Origin: an uncultured Actinomycetota bacterium
GTDB taxonomy: Bacteria > Actinomycetota > Actinomycetes > JAHEKZ01
DNA: 64,000 bases
Assembly (NCBI GenBank): GCA_963718235.1
Contig: CAVQYR010000002.1
Span: forward strand, 786,978 to 850,977
Reading direction: 5' to 3'
A program made the translations under genes and the position numbers. The first letter of the stretch is position 1. Every line of letters starts with the position of its first letter. The notes beneath the pieces are model-generated. The model searched no databases, was not told the DNA's origin, and saw only the letters and a program-made list of their open reading frames with translations. Below, one piece after another: positions 51,059-61,054 of the stretch.

Positions 51059-52417
51059 TCAGCTGCGGGGAGCCGAGCCCTGGTCAGAGAGCAGGTTGTC
51101 CAGGACGGGGCCGAGCACCGAGGCGATGGCCCGCGCCTTGCGCACCTGCTGGCGGGTCCAGGCCGTCTCCTCGGAGTGCGAGCACTCCAGCAGCCCGACT
51201 GCGCGGCCCGCGCTGGCCGCGGGCACCATCATCAGACTGCGCCAGCCGTGGGTGCCCATCCAGGCGATCTCGGCCGGGTCGGCCTCAGGGGCGCTCGCCA
51301 GGACCTGCGCCATCTGCATGCTCGAGAGCACGGCTCGGCTCGTGGCGTAGTCGGCGAGGGGGTAGCGGACCCCTTCGGGCTTCCATCGACCCGGTTCGAC
51401 CGCCTCGAGCCACTGGCCGGTCGGGTCGACGAACGACAGGTCCGCCTGGTCGCAGCCGAGCACGTCGGCGACCATGACCATGAGTCGGGCGAGGGTGTCC
51501 AGGTCGGCGGCGTCGGACAGCCGGCCGATGAGGTGCTCCAGCGTGGGCGTGCCGTTGACCTCGGAACCGCGACCACCCACGGCCATGGCCCGTGCGAACG
51601 AGGACTCGCACGTGAGCCGCGCCGCCTCGCTCGCCTCCTCGAACTGCGCGACCGGCATGCCGATCACCCAGCCCTGCGCCTCGGCGACGTCCAGCTCGGC
51701 CAGGACGTAGAGGTCCTCCAGGCTCTCGACGCCCTCGGCGCACACCGCGGCGCCCACCTGGGCCGCGTAGCGCACGATCGCCTCGACCATGGCGGCCTTT
51801 CCGGGCTCGGACTCGACCCCGGTGACCAGCGAGCGGTCGAGCTTGAGCAGGTCGGGCGAGAGCGCCATGACGCGCTGGAGCCCCGCGTACCCCTCGCCGA
51901 CGTCGTCGACGGCGATCCGGGCACCGCGCCCGCGAAGGGCCTCCAGCACGAGGTGGACCCGGTCGGGGTCTTCGACCGCCTCAGTCTCGGTGATCTCGAA
52001 CTGCAGCCCGGTGAGGTCGAACGGCAAGACGTTCTGCAACTCGTTGGAGCCGAGGACCGAGGGGCTGACGTTGACCGACAGGAGCACGCCGTCGGGTCGG
52101 TTCGCGCCGAGCTGGAGTGCTCGGTCGACGGCTCGCGCCTCGAGCATGGGTCCGAGCCCGACGCTGTGCGCCATGGTGAACCAACGGTCAGGGGTGAGCG
52201 AGGGGCCGCCATGGGTGAACCGGGCCAGCGCCTCGTAGGACAGGACCCGCCCGGTCGCCAGGCCGAGGATGGGTTGGACGACGATGCTCGGCGAACCGGC
52301 GTGCAGGGCCGTGACGACCAGCGAACGCACCTCGTCGCTGCCCAGGTCGACCGCCGGGTTCGAAGGGGGAGGTGTGGGCAGCGAGGAGCCGGACGTGCTC
52401 GTCGTGGTCATCGACAT
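51059..52417 (-). CDS. EAL-domain c-di-GMP phosphodiesterase with C-terminal GAF domain
   Basis: YEALAR EAL motif near the N-terminus. C-terminal GAF-like region. Confidence 0.65.
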   Translation of the reverse strand: MSMTTTSTSGSSLPTPPPSNPAVDLGSDEVRSLVVTALHAGSPSIVVQPILGLATGRVLSYEALARFTHGGPSLTPDRWFTMAHSVGLGPMLEARAVDRALQLGANRPDGVLLSVNVSPSVLGSNELQNVLPFDLTGLQFEITETEAVEDPDRVHLVLEALRGRGARIAVDDVGEGYAGLQRVMALSPDLLKLDRSLVTGVESEPGKAAMVEAIVRYAAQVGAAVCAEGVESLEDLYVLAELDVAEAQGWVIGMPVAQFEEASEAARLTCESSFARAMAVGGRGSEVNGTPTLEHLIGRLSDAADLDTLARLMVMVADVLGCDQADLSFVDPTGQWLEAVEPGRWKPEGVRYPLADYATSRAVLSSMQMAQVLASAPEADPAEIAWMGTHGWRSLMMVPAASAGRAVGLLECSHSEETAWTRQQVRKARAIASVLGPVLDNLLSDQGSAPRS

Positions 52418-52699
52418 CCGCTCGTCCTCACCCCTCACTGCGCTGGTCTCTGCTCACGCTCTGCCCGGCCCGTGTGCAGCGCCGAGCGCTGACCCGGTCC
52501 GGATGCGGAGGTGAGGGCCCCGCGGGACCCTCATGGGCCTTGGAGTCGGCAGGTGCACGGCCGCGATGTAGCGCCCGACGGGGGAGTGTGCCAGAGGTTA
52601 CGCCGATCGGGTGAGGCCCGCACGACCCTGGACAGGAGCGGTGCCGGGCCCTACCGTGGCGTCGCCCTGCGCCGGACGGCGCGGCGAACGGAGGCAGTG

Positions 52700-54253
52700 A
52701 TGGCCACCCAGTCCGAGGCGCCGACCAGCGGCGGAGCCGGCGAGAAGGGGCTCAAGAGCGGGGCGATCGGGTTCGTCTCCGGGGTCGTGATCGGGGTGGC
52801 GTCGACCGCTCCGGGCTACAGCCTGGCGGCCGTGCTGGGCCTGGTCGTCTTCGCGGTGGGGTTCCAGGCGCCGGCGATCATGCTCCTGGCGTTCGTGCCC
52901 ATGCTGTTCATCGCGGCGTCCTACTACTACCTGAACCGGGCCGACCCCGACTGCGGAACGACCTTCGCCTGGGTCACCCGGGCCATGGGGCCGTACTGGG
53001 GCTGGATGGGTGGCTGGGGGATCATCGTCGCCGACATCATCGTCATGGCGAACCTGGCCGAAGTCGCCTCGATCTACACGTTCGACCTGTTCGGCATCGA
53101 CAGCGAGAGCAAGTGGCTCGTCGTCGGGCTCGGCGTGGTCTGGATCGCCGTGATGACCTGGATCACCTGGCGCGGCATCGAGCTCTCAGCGCGCACCCAG
53201 CTCTTCCTGCTGGGGGCCGAGATCGCTGCGCTGGTCCTCTTCGCCGCTGTCGCCTTGTTCCGGGTCTACTTCGGTGACGTCGCCGGGTCGGTCGATCCGT
53301 CCTTGTCGTGGCTGAACCCGTTCGCGATCGAGGGCACCGATGGCCAGAGCGCCCTTCAGGCGATGACGGCTGGGCTGCTGCTGGCCCTGTTCATCTACTG
53401 GGGCTGGGACTCCACGGTAACCGTCAACGAGGAGACCGAGGACTCCGCGGAGGCCCCGGGGCGGGCCGCGATCTGGTCGACCATCATCCTCCTCGGGATC
53501 TACGTGATCGTCTCCGTCGCCGCGATCGCCTATGCGGGACCGGCGTTCCTCGCCCTGGAGGAGAACCAGGGCGACGCCCTGGGGGTGCTGGCCGCCGACG
53601 TCTTGGGTCCGCTCAGCTGGGTGCTGATCATCGCGGTGCTCACCAGTGCGGCCGCTTCTACCCAGACCACGATCCTGCCGACGGCCCGCACGATGCTCTC
53701 GATGGGGGCCAAGGGAGCGGTGCCCAAGTACTGGGCGAGGATCCACCCGCGCTACCTGACGCCCGGACCAGCGACGCTGTGGATGGGTGCCCTGAGCATC
53801 ATCTGGTACGTCGGCTTGAAGATGGTCTCGGAGAACATCCTCTACGACGCAATCGCGGCCCTCGGCCTGATGATCGCTTTCTACTACGGCCTGACCGGGT
53901 ACGCCGCGGTCATCTACTACCGCCGTCACCTGTTCGACAGCGTCAAGGCGTTCGTCATGGTCGGGGTCGCGCCGCTGGTCGGGGCGCTGATCCTCACCTG
54001 GGCGCTCGTCCGGTCGGCGATCGACCTGGCCGACCCGGCCAACTCCGAGTCCGGGACCTCGTGGTTCGGCTACGGTCCGCCGCTGGTCATCGCGGTGGGC
54101 TTCATGGTGCTCGGGCTGATCTTGATGATCGTCATGCGGGTCACGAGCCCGGAGTTCTTCCGGCGCAAGCCCGAGGTCGTGCCCGAGGAGATCGGTCTGT
54201 CGGTGTCGAGCCGGGCCGGCGCCACCGCTGACCGCAAGGGAGAGGAGTCCTGA
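52700..54253 (+). CDS. APC-superfamily amino-acid/polyamine permease
   Basis: GGAGG RBS. Twelve predicted TM helices. Preceded by a leader of about 280 nt. Confidence 0.75.
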   Translation: MATQSEAPTSGGAGEKGLKSGAIGFVSGVVIGVASTAPGYSLAAVLGLVVFAVGFQAPAIMLLAFVPMLFIAASYYYLNRADPDCGTTFAWVTRAMGPYWGWMGGWGIIVADIIVMANLAEVASIYTFDLFGIDSESKWLVVGLGVVWIAVMTWITWRGIELSARTQLFLLGAEIAALVLFAAVALFRVYFGDVAGSVDPSLSWLNPFAIEGTDGQSALQAMTAGLLLALFIYWGWDSTVTVNEETEDSAEAPGRAAIWSTIILLGIYVIVSVAAIAYAGPAFLALEENQGDALGVLAADVLGPLSWVLIIAVLTSAAASTQTTILPTARTMLSMGAKGAVPKYWARIHPRYLTPGPATLWMGALSIIWYVGLKMVSENILYDAIAALGLMIAFYYGLTGYAAVIYYRRHLFDSVKAFVMVGVAPLVGALILTWALVRSAIDLADPANSESGTSWFGYGPPLVIAVGFMVLGLILMIVMRVTSPEFFRRKPEVVPEEIGLSVSSRAGATADRKGEES

Positions 54254-54663
54254 TGGGCACCATCGTGCTCGGCTACGACGGCAGCGAGGGCGCCAAGGAG
54301 GCGCTGCGGGTGGCCACCGACCTCGCGAAGGGGCTGGGGGACACGGTCCTCGCCATCTTCGGCTACGCGCAGTTCGCCCCGGGTGGTGAGAACCGCGACC
54401 ACGAGCTCGCCGTGGCCGACCTGGCCCAGGGTCGGCTCGACGAGGCCACGGAGGCGCTCACCGCAGCCGGTGTCTCCTGCGAGGAGCTGCTCGTGCACCG
54501 CCACGCGGCCGAGGCGCTGCTCGAGGTGGCCGCCGAGCGACAGGCCCGGATGATCGTCGTCGGTTCGGCGGCTGAGCACCCGCTCGTGGGGGCGCTGCTC
54601 GGCTCCACGGCCTACAAGCTCGTCAACCGGTCGGACATCCCCGTGCTCGTCGTCCCCGTGTGA
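54253..54663 (+). CDS. universal stress protein (UspA family)
   Basis: TGATG overlap with the permease. GSAAEHPLVGALLGSTAYKLV ATP-binding motif. Confidence 0.75.
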   Translation: MGTIVLGYDGSEGAKEALRVATDLAKGLGDTVLAIFGYAQFAPGGENRDHELAVADLAQGRLDEATEALTAAGVSCEELLVHRHAAEALLEVAAERQARMIVVGSAAEHPLVGALLGSTAYKLVNRSDIPVLVVPV

Positions 54664-54728
54664 CCCCACCCCCCGCCCAAGTTGATCTTGGACATCATCT
54701 GCCAGGTCAAGCGCTCAGAGGACCATCT

Positions 54729-54750
54729 TCTGCCTGCTCAACAGGGCAGA
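54729..54750. terminator. weak hairpin between convergent usp and gabT
   Basis: tctgcctg ctcaa cagggcaga, in a locally lower-GC spacer. Confidence 0.2.
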
Positions 54751-54766
54751 GACCGGTGCGGTCGGG

Positions 54767-56158
54767 TCAGGAGGCAGCGGCGAACGCCTTGTCGAGCACG
54801 GTCAGGGCCTCCTCGAGCAGGTGGTCGGGCATGACCAGGGGCGGCAGGAAGCGCAGCACGTTCCCGTAGGTGCCCGCGGTCAGCACGAGCACACCCTCGG
54901 CGTGGCAGTACTTCGTCACCGCGGCGATCACCTCGGTGTTCGGTGTGGTCGTGCCGGGCTGCACGAGCTCGACGGCGAGCATGGCCCCACGCCCACGGAC
55001 GTCGCCGATGACCGGGTACTTGGCCTGCATCTCCTTCAGCCGCGGAACCATGATGTCGTTGATGTGCTGCGCGCGTCCGACCAGGTCGAGCTCCTCGATC
55101 GTGCGGATCGCACCGAGCGCACCTGCGCACGCCACCGGGTTGCCGCCGTAGGTGCCGCCGAGCCCGCCCGGGTGGACGGCGTCCATGAGCTCGGCCCGGC
55201 CGGTGACCGCCGCGAGCGGCATGCCGCCTGCGATGCCCTTGGCCGTGGTGATGATGTCGGGCACGACGGAGTCCCAGTCGCAGGCGAACATCTTGCCGGT
55301 GCGGGCGAACCCGGTCTGCACCTCGTCGGCGATGAACACGATGCCGTTGGCCTTGGCGAACTCGGCCAGCCCGGAGAGGAACCCCTCGCCGGGAACGATG
55401 AACCCGCCCTCACCGGCGATCGGCTCGATCAGGATGGCGGCCACCTGGTCGGCCCCGATCTCCTTCTCGATCTTGCTGATGGTCTGGGCGAGCGCCTCGT
55501 GGCCGGAGTTCTCCGCGCCACCGGGCCAGCGGAACGGGTAGGCCAGGGGCATCCGGTAGATCTCGCCGGCGAACGGGCCGAACCCGTACTTGTAGGGCAT
55601 CGACTTGGCGGTGAGGGCCATGGTCAGGTTGGTGCGGCCGTGGTAGCCGTGCTCGAACACGACGACGGCCTGTCGCTTGGTCGCGTACCGGGCGATCTTC
55701 ACCGCGTTCTCCACGGCCTCGGCGCCGGAGTTGAACAGCGCCGTCTTCTTGGCGTGGTCGCCGGGGGTCAGCCGGTTGAGCTGCTCGGCCACGGCGACGT
55801 AGCCCTCGTACGGAGTGACCATGAAGCAGGTGTGGGTGAACTGGGCGACCTGCTGCTGCACGCCCTCGACCACCGCGGGTGCGGCGTTGCCGACGCTGGT
55901 GACGGCGATGCCGGAGCCGAGGTCGATCAGGGAGTTGCCGTCGACGTCGACGACGACGCCCCCACCGGCGGCCGTGACGAAGATGGGCAGGATCGTTCCG
56001 ACCCCGTCGGCCACGGCACCGGTCTTGCGGCCGAGTAGCTCCACAGACCTCGGGCCGGGGATCGCGGTGACGACGCGGCGCTCCTGGGGCAGGTCGGGCC
56101 CGCCGAGGGGTGCGCTGGGCGCGCCGGCGATGGCACTGCCGGTGGTGGTGTCGCTCAT
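54767..56158 (-). CDS. gabT: 4-aminobutyrate aminotransferase
   Basis: Full-length class-III GabT signature including TTAKGIAGGMPLAAV. Confidence 0.85.
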   Translation of the reverse strand: MSDTTTGSAIAGAPSAPLGGPDLPQERRVVTAIPGPRSVELLGRKTGAVADGVGTILPIFVTAAGGGVVVDVDGNSLIDLGSGIAVTSVGNAAPAVVEGVQQQVAQFTHTCFMVTPYEGYVAVAEQLNRLTPGDHAKKTALFNSGAEAVENAVKIARYATKRQAVVVFEHGYHGRTNLTMALTAKSMPYKYGFGPFAGEIYRMPLAYPFRWPGGAENSGHEALAQTISKIEKEIGADQVAAILIEPIAGEGGFIVPGEGFLSGLAEFAKANGIVFIADEVQTGFARTGKMFACDWDSVVPDIITTAKGIAGGMPLAAVTGRAELMDAVHPGGLGGTYGGNPVACAGALGAIRTIEELDLVGRAQHINDIMVPRLKEMQAKYPVIGDVRGRGAMLAVELVQPGTTTPNTEVIAAVTKYCHAEGVLVLTAGTYGNVLRFLPPLVMPDHLLEEALTVLDKAFAAAS

Positions 56159-56253
56159 GGGAATCGCCGTCCTTGGTTGCGAGGGTGCGGCCAGGGTAAG
56201 CACAGGGCCGCCAACTCGTCGCCCTGACCCGATGGACAATCAGTCCGCTACGC

Positions 56254-57867
56254 TTGGCCGCCATGTCCACCTCCGGGTCCACCTCCAGGTCGGACGCACC
56301 ACCGACCCCGACCGGCCGCCTTCGGGCTCCCACGCTGCGCACCGTGCTCGGCATGCCGGGGCTCTCGGTCGTGCTGCGGTGCGGGCGCGACGCGCTCGAC
56401 CGGCCGGTGCGCTGGGTCGCGGTCAGCGAGCTGGAGGACCCCACCCCCTATCTCGAGGGCGGTGAGCTGCTGCTGACGACCGGCCTGCGGCTCACCGACG
56501 ACAACGCAGCCGAGTACGTCTCGCGACTGGTGGACGTCGGTGTCACCGGGCTCGGGCTCGGGGTTGGACTCACCCACGACGTCGTGCCCGAGCCGTTGCT
56601 GGACGCTGCCGAGCGGGCGGGTCTCCCGGTCCTGGAGGTGCCGGAGCCCACCTCGTTCATCGCGATCAGCCAGGCCGTCTCGGACCTGCTGGCCGCGGCG
56701 GAGTACGAGGCGGTGTCCCGGGCGGTCGGGGCCCAGCGCGACCTGACCCGTGCGGCGCTCGCCCCCGATGGTGCGGGCGCGGTCGTTGCCCGGCTGGCCA
56801 AGGAGCTGGCTGCCCAGGTGGTCCTGCTCGACGCCGCAGGTCGGATGGTCCACGCGGCACCGCGCGAGGCCGAGGCCCTGCTGGCGTCCCTCGGCCCGCA
56901 GGTCGAGCGGCTGCGCGGTCACGGGGCCAATTCGTCGGCGGCCTTCGACCACGAGGGGCGGTTCGTCGTCCTGCAACCCCTGGCTGCGGCAGGTCGGGTC
57001 CGTGGTTACCTGGCGCTGGCCCGACCGGCGCCGTTCACCGTGCCCGACCACCAGCTCATCGGGGTGGGGGTGGCCCTGGTCGGGCTGGCACTCGAGCGAC
57101 CTCAAGGCACCGACACCGCTCGTCGCGACCTGCGGGATGCCGTCTTTGCGCTCCTGGCCGACGGTTCACCCGCGACGACACTGCCGATGGCCGCGGTGGG
57201 TTGGCACGAGCTGATGGCCGGACCGATCCGGGTGCTGGTCACCGAAGGGCCGGGCGCGCGACTGCTGGAGCTGCTGGAGGCGGTGGAGGACTCCGCGGCC
57301 GACCCCGGGTGGAGGGGCGCCGCGCGCGACGAGGACCGCCTTGTCGTGCTGGTCGCCTCGGTGACACCCGACGAGCCCGAGGGCGGGACCACCTCACTCG
57401 ACCCATCGGTGCCGCCCGAGGTGGCCGAGGTCGTGTCGCTCGGTCCAGACCTGGCGTGGGGCGTGAGCGACGTCGTGGTGGCCGACCATGGGCTGGCCGA
57501 CGGGCTCCGGCAGGCCCGCCGGGCGTGGGCAGCGTCCGAGCCCGGCGCGGTGCGGGTGTTCGGGGAGCTGGGGCGAGGCGGCGTGGTCGGCCTGATCGAC
57601 CCCGAGGCCGGTCGCGGCTTCGCCGACCGCCTGCTGGCTCCGCTGGAGTCGCGCGACCGGGGCGACCTCGTGGCCTCGGTGCGGGCCTGGCTGGCCCACC
57701 TGGGGCAGTGGGACGCCGCCGCGACCAGCCTCGGGGTCCACCGGCACACCCTGCGCTACCGGATGCGGCGGGTCGAAGAGCTGTTGGGCCGAAGCCTCGA
57801 CGACGCGGGCCTGCGCGCCGACCTGTGGGTCGCCCTGGCGATCCGCGACCGGGACGCTGCCGACTGA
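56254..57867 (+). CDS. PucR/CdaR-family transcriptional regulator
   Basis: C-terminal HTH LGVHRHTLRYRMRRVEELLG. Divergent from gabT. Confidence 0.7.
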   Translation: MAAMSTSGSTSRSDAPPTPTGRLRAPTLRTVLGMPGLSVVLRCGRDALDRPVRWVAVSELEDPTPYLEGGELLLTTGLRLTDDNAAEYVSRLVDVGVTGLGLGVGLTHDVVPEPLLDAAERAGLPVLEVPEPTSFIAISQAVSDLLAAAEYEAVSRAVGAQRDLTRAALAPDGAGAVVARLAKELAAQVVLLDAAGRMVHAAPREAEALLASLGPQVERLRGHGANSSAAFDHEGRFVVLQPLAAAGRVRGYLALARPAPFTVPDHQLIGVGVALVGLALERPQGTDTARRDLRDAVFALLADGSPATTLPMAAVGWHELMAGPIRVLVTEGPGARLLELLEAVEDSAADPGWRGAARDEDRLVVLVASVTPDEPEGGTTSLDPSVPPEVAEVVSLGPDLAWGVSDVVVADHGLADGLRQARRAWAASEPGAVRVFGELGRGGVVGLIDPEAGRGFADRLLAPLESRDRGDLVASVRAWLAHLGQWDAAATSLGVHRHTLRYRMRRVEELLGRSLDDAGLRADLWVALAIRDRDAAD

Positions 57868-57954
57868 GCACTTGTCCATGATGGCGGCACGAGTGCCTCC
57901 TTCTGGACGCGGCGGCCATCAGGTCCTCGAGACCACTCGACCTAACGTCGGCCC

Positions 57955-59397
57955 ATGACCGACATCCATCCGTTCTGGCTCGCCGGCCGCCCAGCCACCA
58001 GCGAGGCGACCCTCGACGTCTTCAACCCCCACACCGGTGCGGTCGTCGGCGCCGTGTTCGTCCCCACCCCGGCCCAGGTCGAAGCGGCCGTCGCTGCGGC
58101 GCACGACAGCGCGGAGGCGGCGCAGCGGCTGACCCTGGCCCAGCGCGCCGACGCCCTGGCCCACGTCTCGCGGCGGATCACCGAGCGGGCCGAGGAGATC
58201 GCCACCCTGATCACCGCCGAGAACGGCAAGCCGATCACCTGGGCCCGGGTCGAGGCGACCCGGGCCGCCAGCGTGTTCCGCTGGGCCGCCGAGGAGACCC
58301 GTCGCTGGAACGGTGACGTGCAGCGCCTGGACACCGAAGCCGCCAGCGCGGGGCGGATGGCGCTGGTCCGGCGGGTCCCCAAGGGTGCAATCCTCGGGAT
58401 CGCGCCGTTCAACTTCCCGTTGAACCTGGTGGCCCACAAGGTGGCGCCGGCGATCGCCGTCGGTGCACCGATCCTGGTCAAGCCCGCTCCGGCGACCCCG
58501 CTGTCGGCGCTGCTGCTGGGAGAGCTGCTCGCCGAGACCGACCTGCCCGAGGGCATGTGGTCGGTGCTGCCCGTGCCGAACGACGCCATGCCTGACCTCG
58601 TCGCCGACCCGCGGCTGCCGATCATCTCGTTCACCGGCTCCGCGCCGGTCGGCTATGCGATCCAGGCCTCGGTGCCCCGCAAGCACGTCGTCCTCGAGCT
58701 GGGCGGCAACGCCGCTGCCGTCGTCCTGGCCGACTACTCCAGCGACGCCGACCTGGAGTGGGCGTCCTCTCGCATCGCGACCTTCGCCAACTACCAGGCG
58801 GGGCAGTCGTGCATCTCGGTGCAGCGGGTGCTGGTCGACCGTTCGCTGTACGACACGCTGGTCCCGATGGTGGTCGAGAAGGTCCAGGCCCTGCCGACGG
58901 GTGACCCCACCGACGACGCCACGGTCGTCGGCCCGCTCGTCGACGAGAACGCCGCCCGCCGGGTGGAGCAGTGGATCGACGAGGCCGTGACGGCCGGAGC
59001 GATCGTGCTGACCGGGGGACAGCGGGACGGGGCGCATGTCGCACCCGCCGTCCTGGTCGACGTGCCCGCAGACGCCAAGGTCGCCTGCGAGGAGGTCTTC
59101 GGACCGGTGGTCATCCTGAGTCCGGTCGACGGCGTCGACGACGCGGTCGCCACGGTCAACGCCTCGCGCTTCGGTCTGCAGGCCGGGGTGTTCACCCACG
59201 ACCTGCAGACTGCGTTCCGGCTGCACCGTGACCTGCACGTCGGCGGCGTGGTGATCGGTGACGTGCCGAGCTTCCGGGCCGACCAGATGCCCTACGGCGG
59301 GGTGAAGGAGTCCGGCGTGGGCCGCGAGGGCGTGCGCTACGCGATGGAGGACTTCACCGAGGAGCGGGTCCTGGTGCTCACCGGCCTCGACCTCTGA
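57955..59397 (+). CDS. NAD(P)-dependent aldehyde dehydrogenase (succinate-semialdehyde DH-like)
   Basis: LELGGNA and GQSCISVQR catalytic region. Confidence 0.75.
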   Translation: MTDIHPFWLAGRPATSEATLDVFNPHTGAVVGAVFVPTPAQVEAAVAAAHDSAEAAQRLTLAQRADALAHVSRRITERAEEIATLITAENGKPITWARVEATRAASVFRWAAEETRRWNGDVQRLDTEAASAGRMALVRRVPKGAILGIAPFNFPLNLVAHKVAPAIAVGAPILVKPAPATPLSALLLGELLAETDLPEGMWSVLPVPNDAMPDLVADPRLPIISFTGSAPVGYAIQASVPRKHVVLELGGNAAAVVLADYSSDADLEWASSRIATFANYQAGQSCISVQRVLVDRSLYDTLVPMVVEKVQALPTGDPTDDATVVGPLVDENAARRVEQWIDEAVTAGAIVLTGGQRDGAHVAPAVLVDVPADAKVACEEVFGPVVILSPVDGVDDAVATVNASRFGLQAGVFTHDLQTAFRLHRDLHVGGVVIGDVPSFRADQMPYGGVKESGVGREGVRYAMEDFTEERVLVLTGLDL

Positions 59398-59446
59398 CGC
59401 ACTCCCCGGCAGCCCAGAAGCACAGCACCGCCCCGTTCCGGAGTCA

Positions 59447-59476
59447 TGGCTGGAATCGTGGCCCGGATTCCAGCCA
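59447..59476 (+). terminator. 11-bp perfect inverted repeat tggctggaatc / gattccagcca about 50 nt after the ALDH stop
   Basis: Read directly from sequence. Confidence 0.4.
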
Positions 59477-59654
59477 CAGCTGCGGAATGCAGACCTGTGT
59501 CGTGAACCGAAGAGCACGCCGGGTGCGACAGGGAGGGTGACTGCCACCTTTGGAGGCTACCGATGACCCGTCGCGCTCACCACCATGGTGGTCACCGGCG
59601 GCCAGGTTCTGCGGGCGCTGGTCGTTGGGGCCGGTGAGGGGCACAGTGACGGAC

Positions 59655-60233
59655 ATGGCGTCGGCCGGGCACGCACATGGCACCGGGTACGGGAGCGAAC
59701 CGCGCCCGGACGGCCGCAGCGACGCCGATCTGCTGCTGGCGCTCGGCGGCGGTGACCGCAGTGCGCTCGAGCCGCTGTACGAGCGGCACGCGCCGTGGCT
59801 GTTGCTCCGGCTGCAGCGTCGCTGCGCGGACGCCGGTCTCGTCGACGAGGTGGTGCAGGACACGTTCGTCGCTGTCTGGCGATCAGCGCGGCGCTACGAC
59901 GGGCGTGGTGAGGTCGCCGCGTGGATCTGGGGGATCGGCGTTCGACGACTCGTCGACGCCGTGCGACGTCGCCCCCGGGGAGTACCGGTGGCGGAGGTTT
60001 CGGGCGACGGCGTTGAGCTGTCGGCCGAGGAACGGGTGCTGCTCGGCGTGGAGTACGGCGACTTGGCGGGCGCACTCGATCGCCTGTCACCTGAGCTGCG
60101 GGCCGTGGTCCAGGCGACGGTCCTCGACGGGCTGACCACCAACGAGGCGGCGCGTCTGCTCGGCATCCCCCAGGGGACGGTGAAGACCCGCATGTCGCGC
60201 GCGCGGGTGCAGCTAAGGGAGGAACTGGCATGA
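59655..60233 (+). CDS. ECF-type RNA polymerase sigma factor
   Basis: Region 2 VVQDTFVAVW. Region 4 LTTNEAARLLGIPQGTVKTRMSRAR. Start ambiguous between 59550, 59646 and 59655. Confidence 0.7.
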   Translation: MASAGHAHGTGYGSEPRPDGRSDADLLLALGGGDRSALEPLYERHAPWLLLRLQRRCADAGLVDEVVQDTFVAVWRSARRYDGRGEVAAWIWGIGVRRLVDAVRRRPRGVPVAEVSGDGVELSAEERVLLGVEYGDLAGALDRLSPELRAVVQATVLDGLTTNEAARLLGIPQGTVKTRMSRARVQLREELA

Positions 60234-61054
60234 CTTGGCATCTCAGCGACGGTCTCGTGGACCAGTACGTGACAGGCACTCTCGCGGGAGCCCGAGCGGC
60301 GTCGGTCGAGGCCCACACGATGGCCTGCGACCAGTGCCGGGCGGAGCTGGTCGAGTCCGCCCGACAGGCGGTTCCTTCCGCCCGGCTCAGTGCGGTCTGG
60401 GCCGAGGTCCAGGCGGAGGTCGACGCGCCGCGTCCCACCTGGGGGGAGCGCCTGGCGCTTAGGCTCGGAGTGGACGCCGACGAGGCTCGGCTGGTCGCGA
60501 CCGCACCGTCACTGCGGGCTTCCTGGTTGGCGGCGCTGGTGTTGGTCCTGGGGTTCGCCGGCTTGGCGCCGGCGATGCGCGACGGGACGCCGCTGCTCCT
60601 GCTCGTCGTCGCACCGTTGGTCCCGGTGCTGGCGGTTGCCGGCGCCTACGGACGACTGGTCGACTCGTCATTCGAGGTGGCGCAGGCGACGCCCTACCCC
60701 GCAGGTCGGCTTCTGCTGCTGCGGGTGCTTGCCGTGCTCGTCGTGTCACTCGCCATCACCGCCATGTTCACCCTTGCCTTCTCGCAGGGCTGGCGGCCCT
60801 TGGTGTGGCTGCTCCCGGCCTTGGCGATGGTGTCGTTGTCGTTGGTGTTGGCGCGGTGGCTGCCGCTCGCCCTCGCCGCGGCGGGAGTGTCAACCACCTA
60901 CCTGCTGGTCGTCGCGACCAGCATTGTTGAAGGCCCGGACGTCACCGTCGTCTTCGAAGGCACCGCAGGCTGGGCCTGGGCGGCGGTCCTCGTCGGCTGT
61001 CTCGCGATCCTGGCCTCCCCACCCCATCGGCGCGCCATCAGGAGGTTGTCGTGA
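60230..61054 (+). CDS. zf-HC2 anti-sigma factor with unusually polytopic membrane domain
   Basis: ATGA overlap with the sigma gene. HTMACDQC zinc-finger motif, then about six hydrophobic helices. Confidence 0.55.
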   Translation: MTWHLSDGLVDQYVTGTLAGARAASVEAHTMACDQCRAELVESARQAVPSARLSAVWAEVQAEVDAPRPTWGERLALRLGVDADEARLVATAPSLRASWLAALVLVLGFAGLAPAMRDGTPLLLLVVAPLVPVLAVAGAYGRLVDSSFEVAQATPYPAGRLLLLRVLAVLVVSLAITAMFTLAFSQGWRPLVWLLPALAMVSLSLVLARWLPLALAAAGVSTTYLLVVATSIVEGPDVTVVFEGTAGWAWAAVLVGCLAILASPPHRRAIRRLS

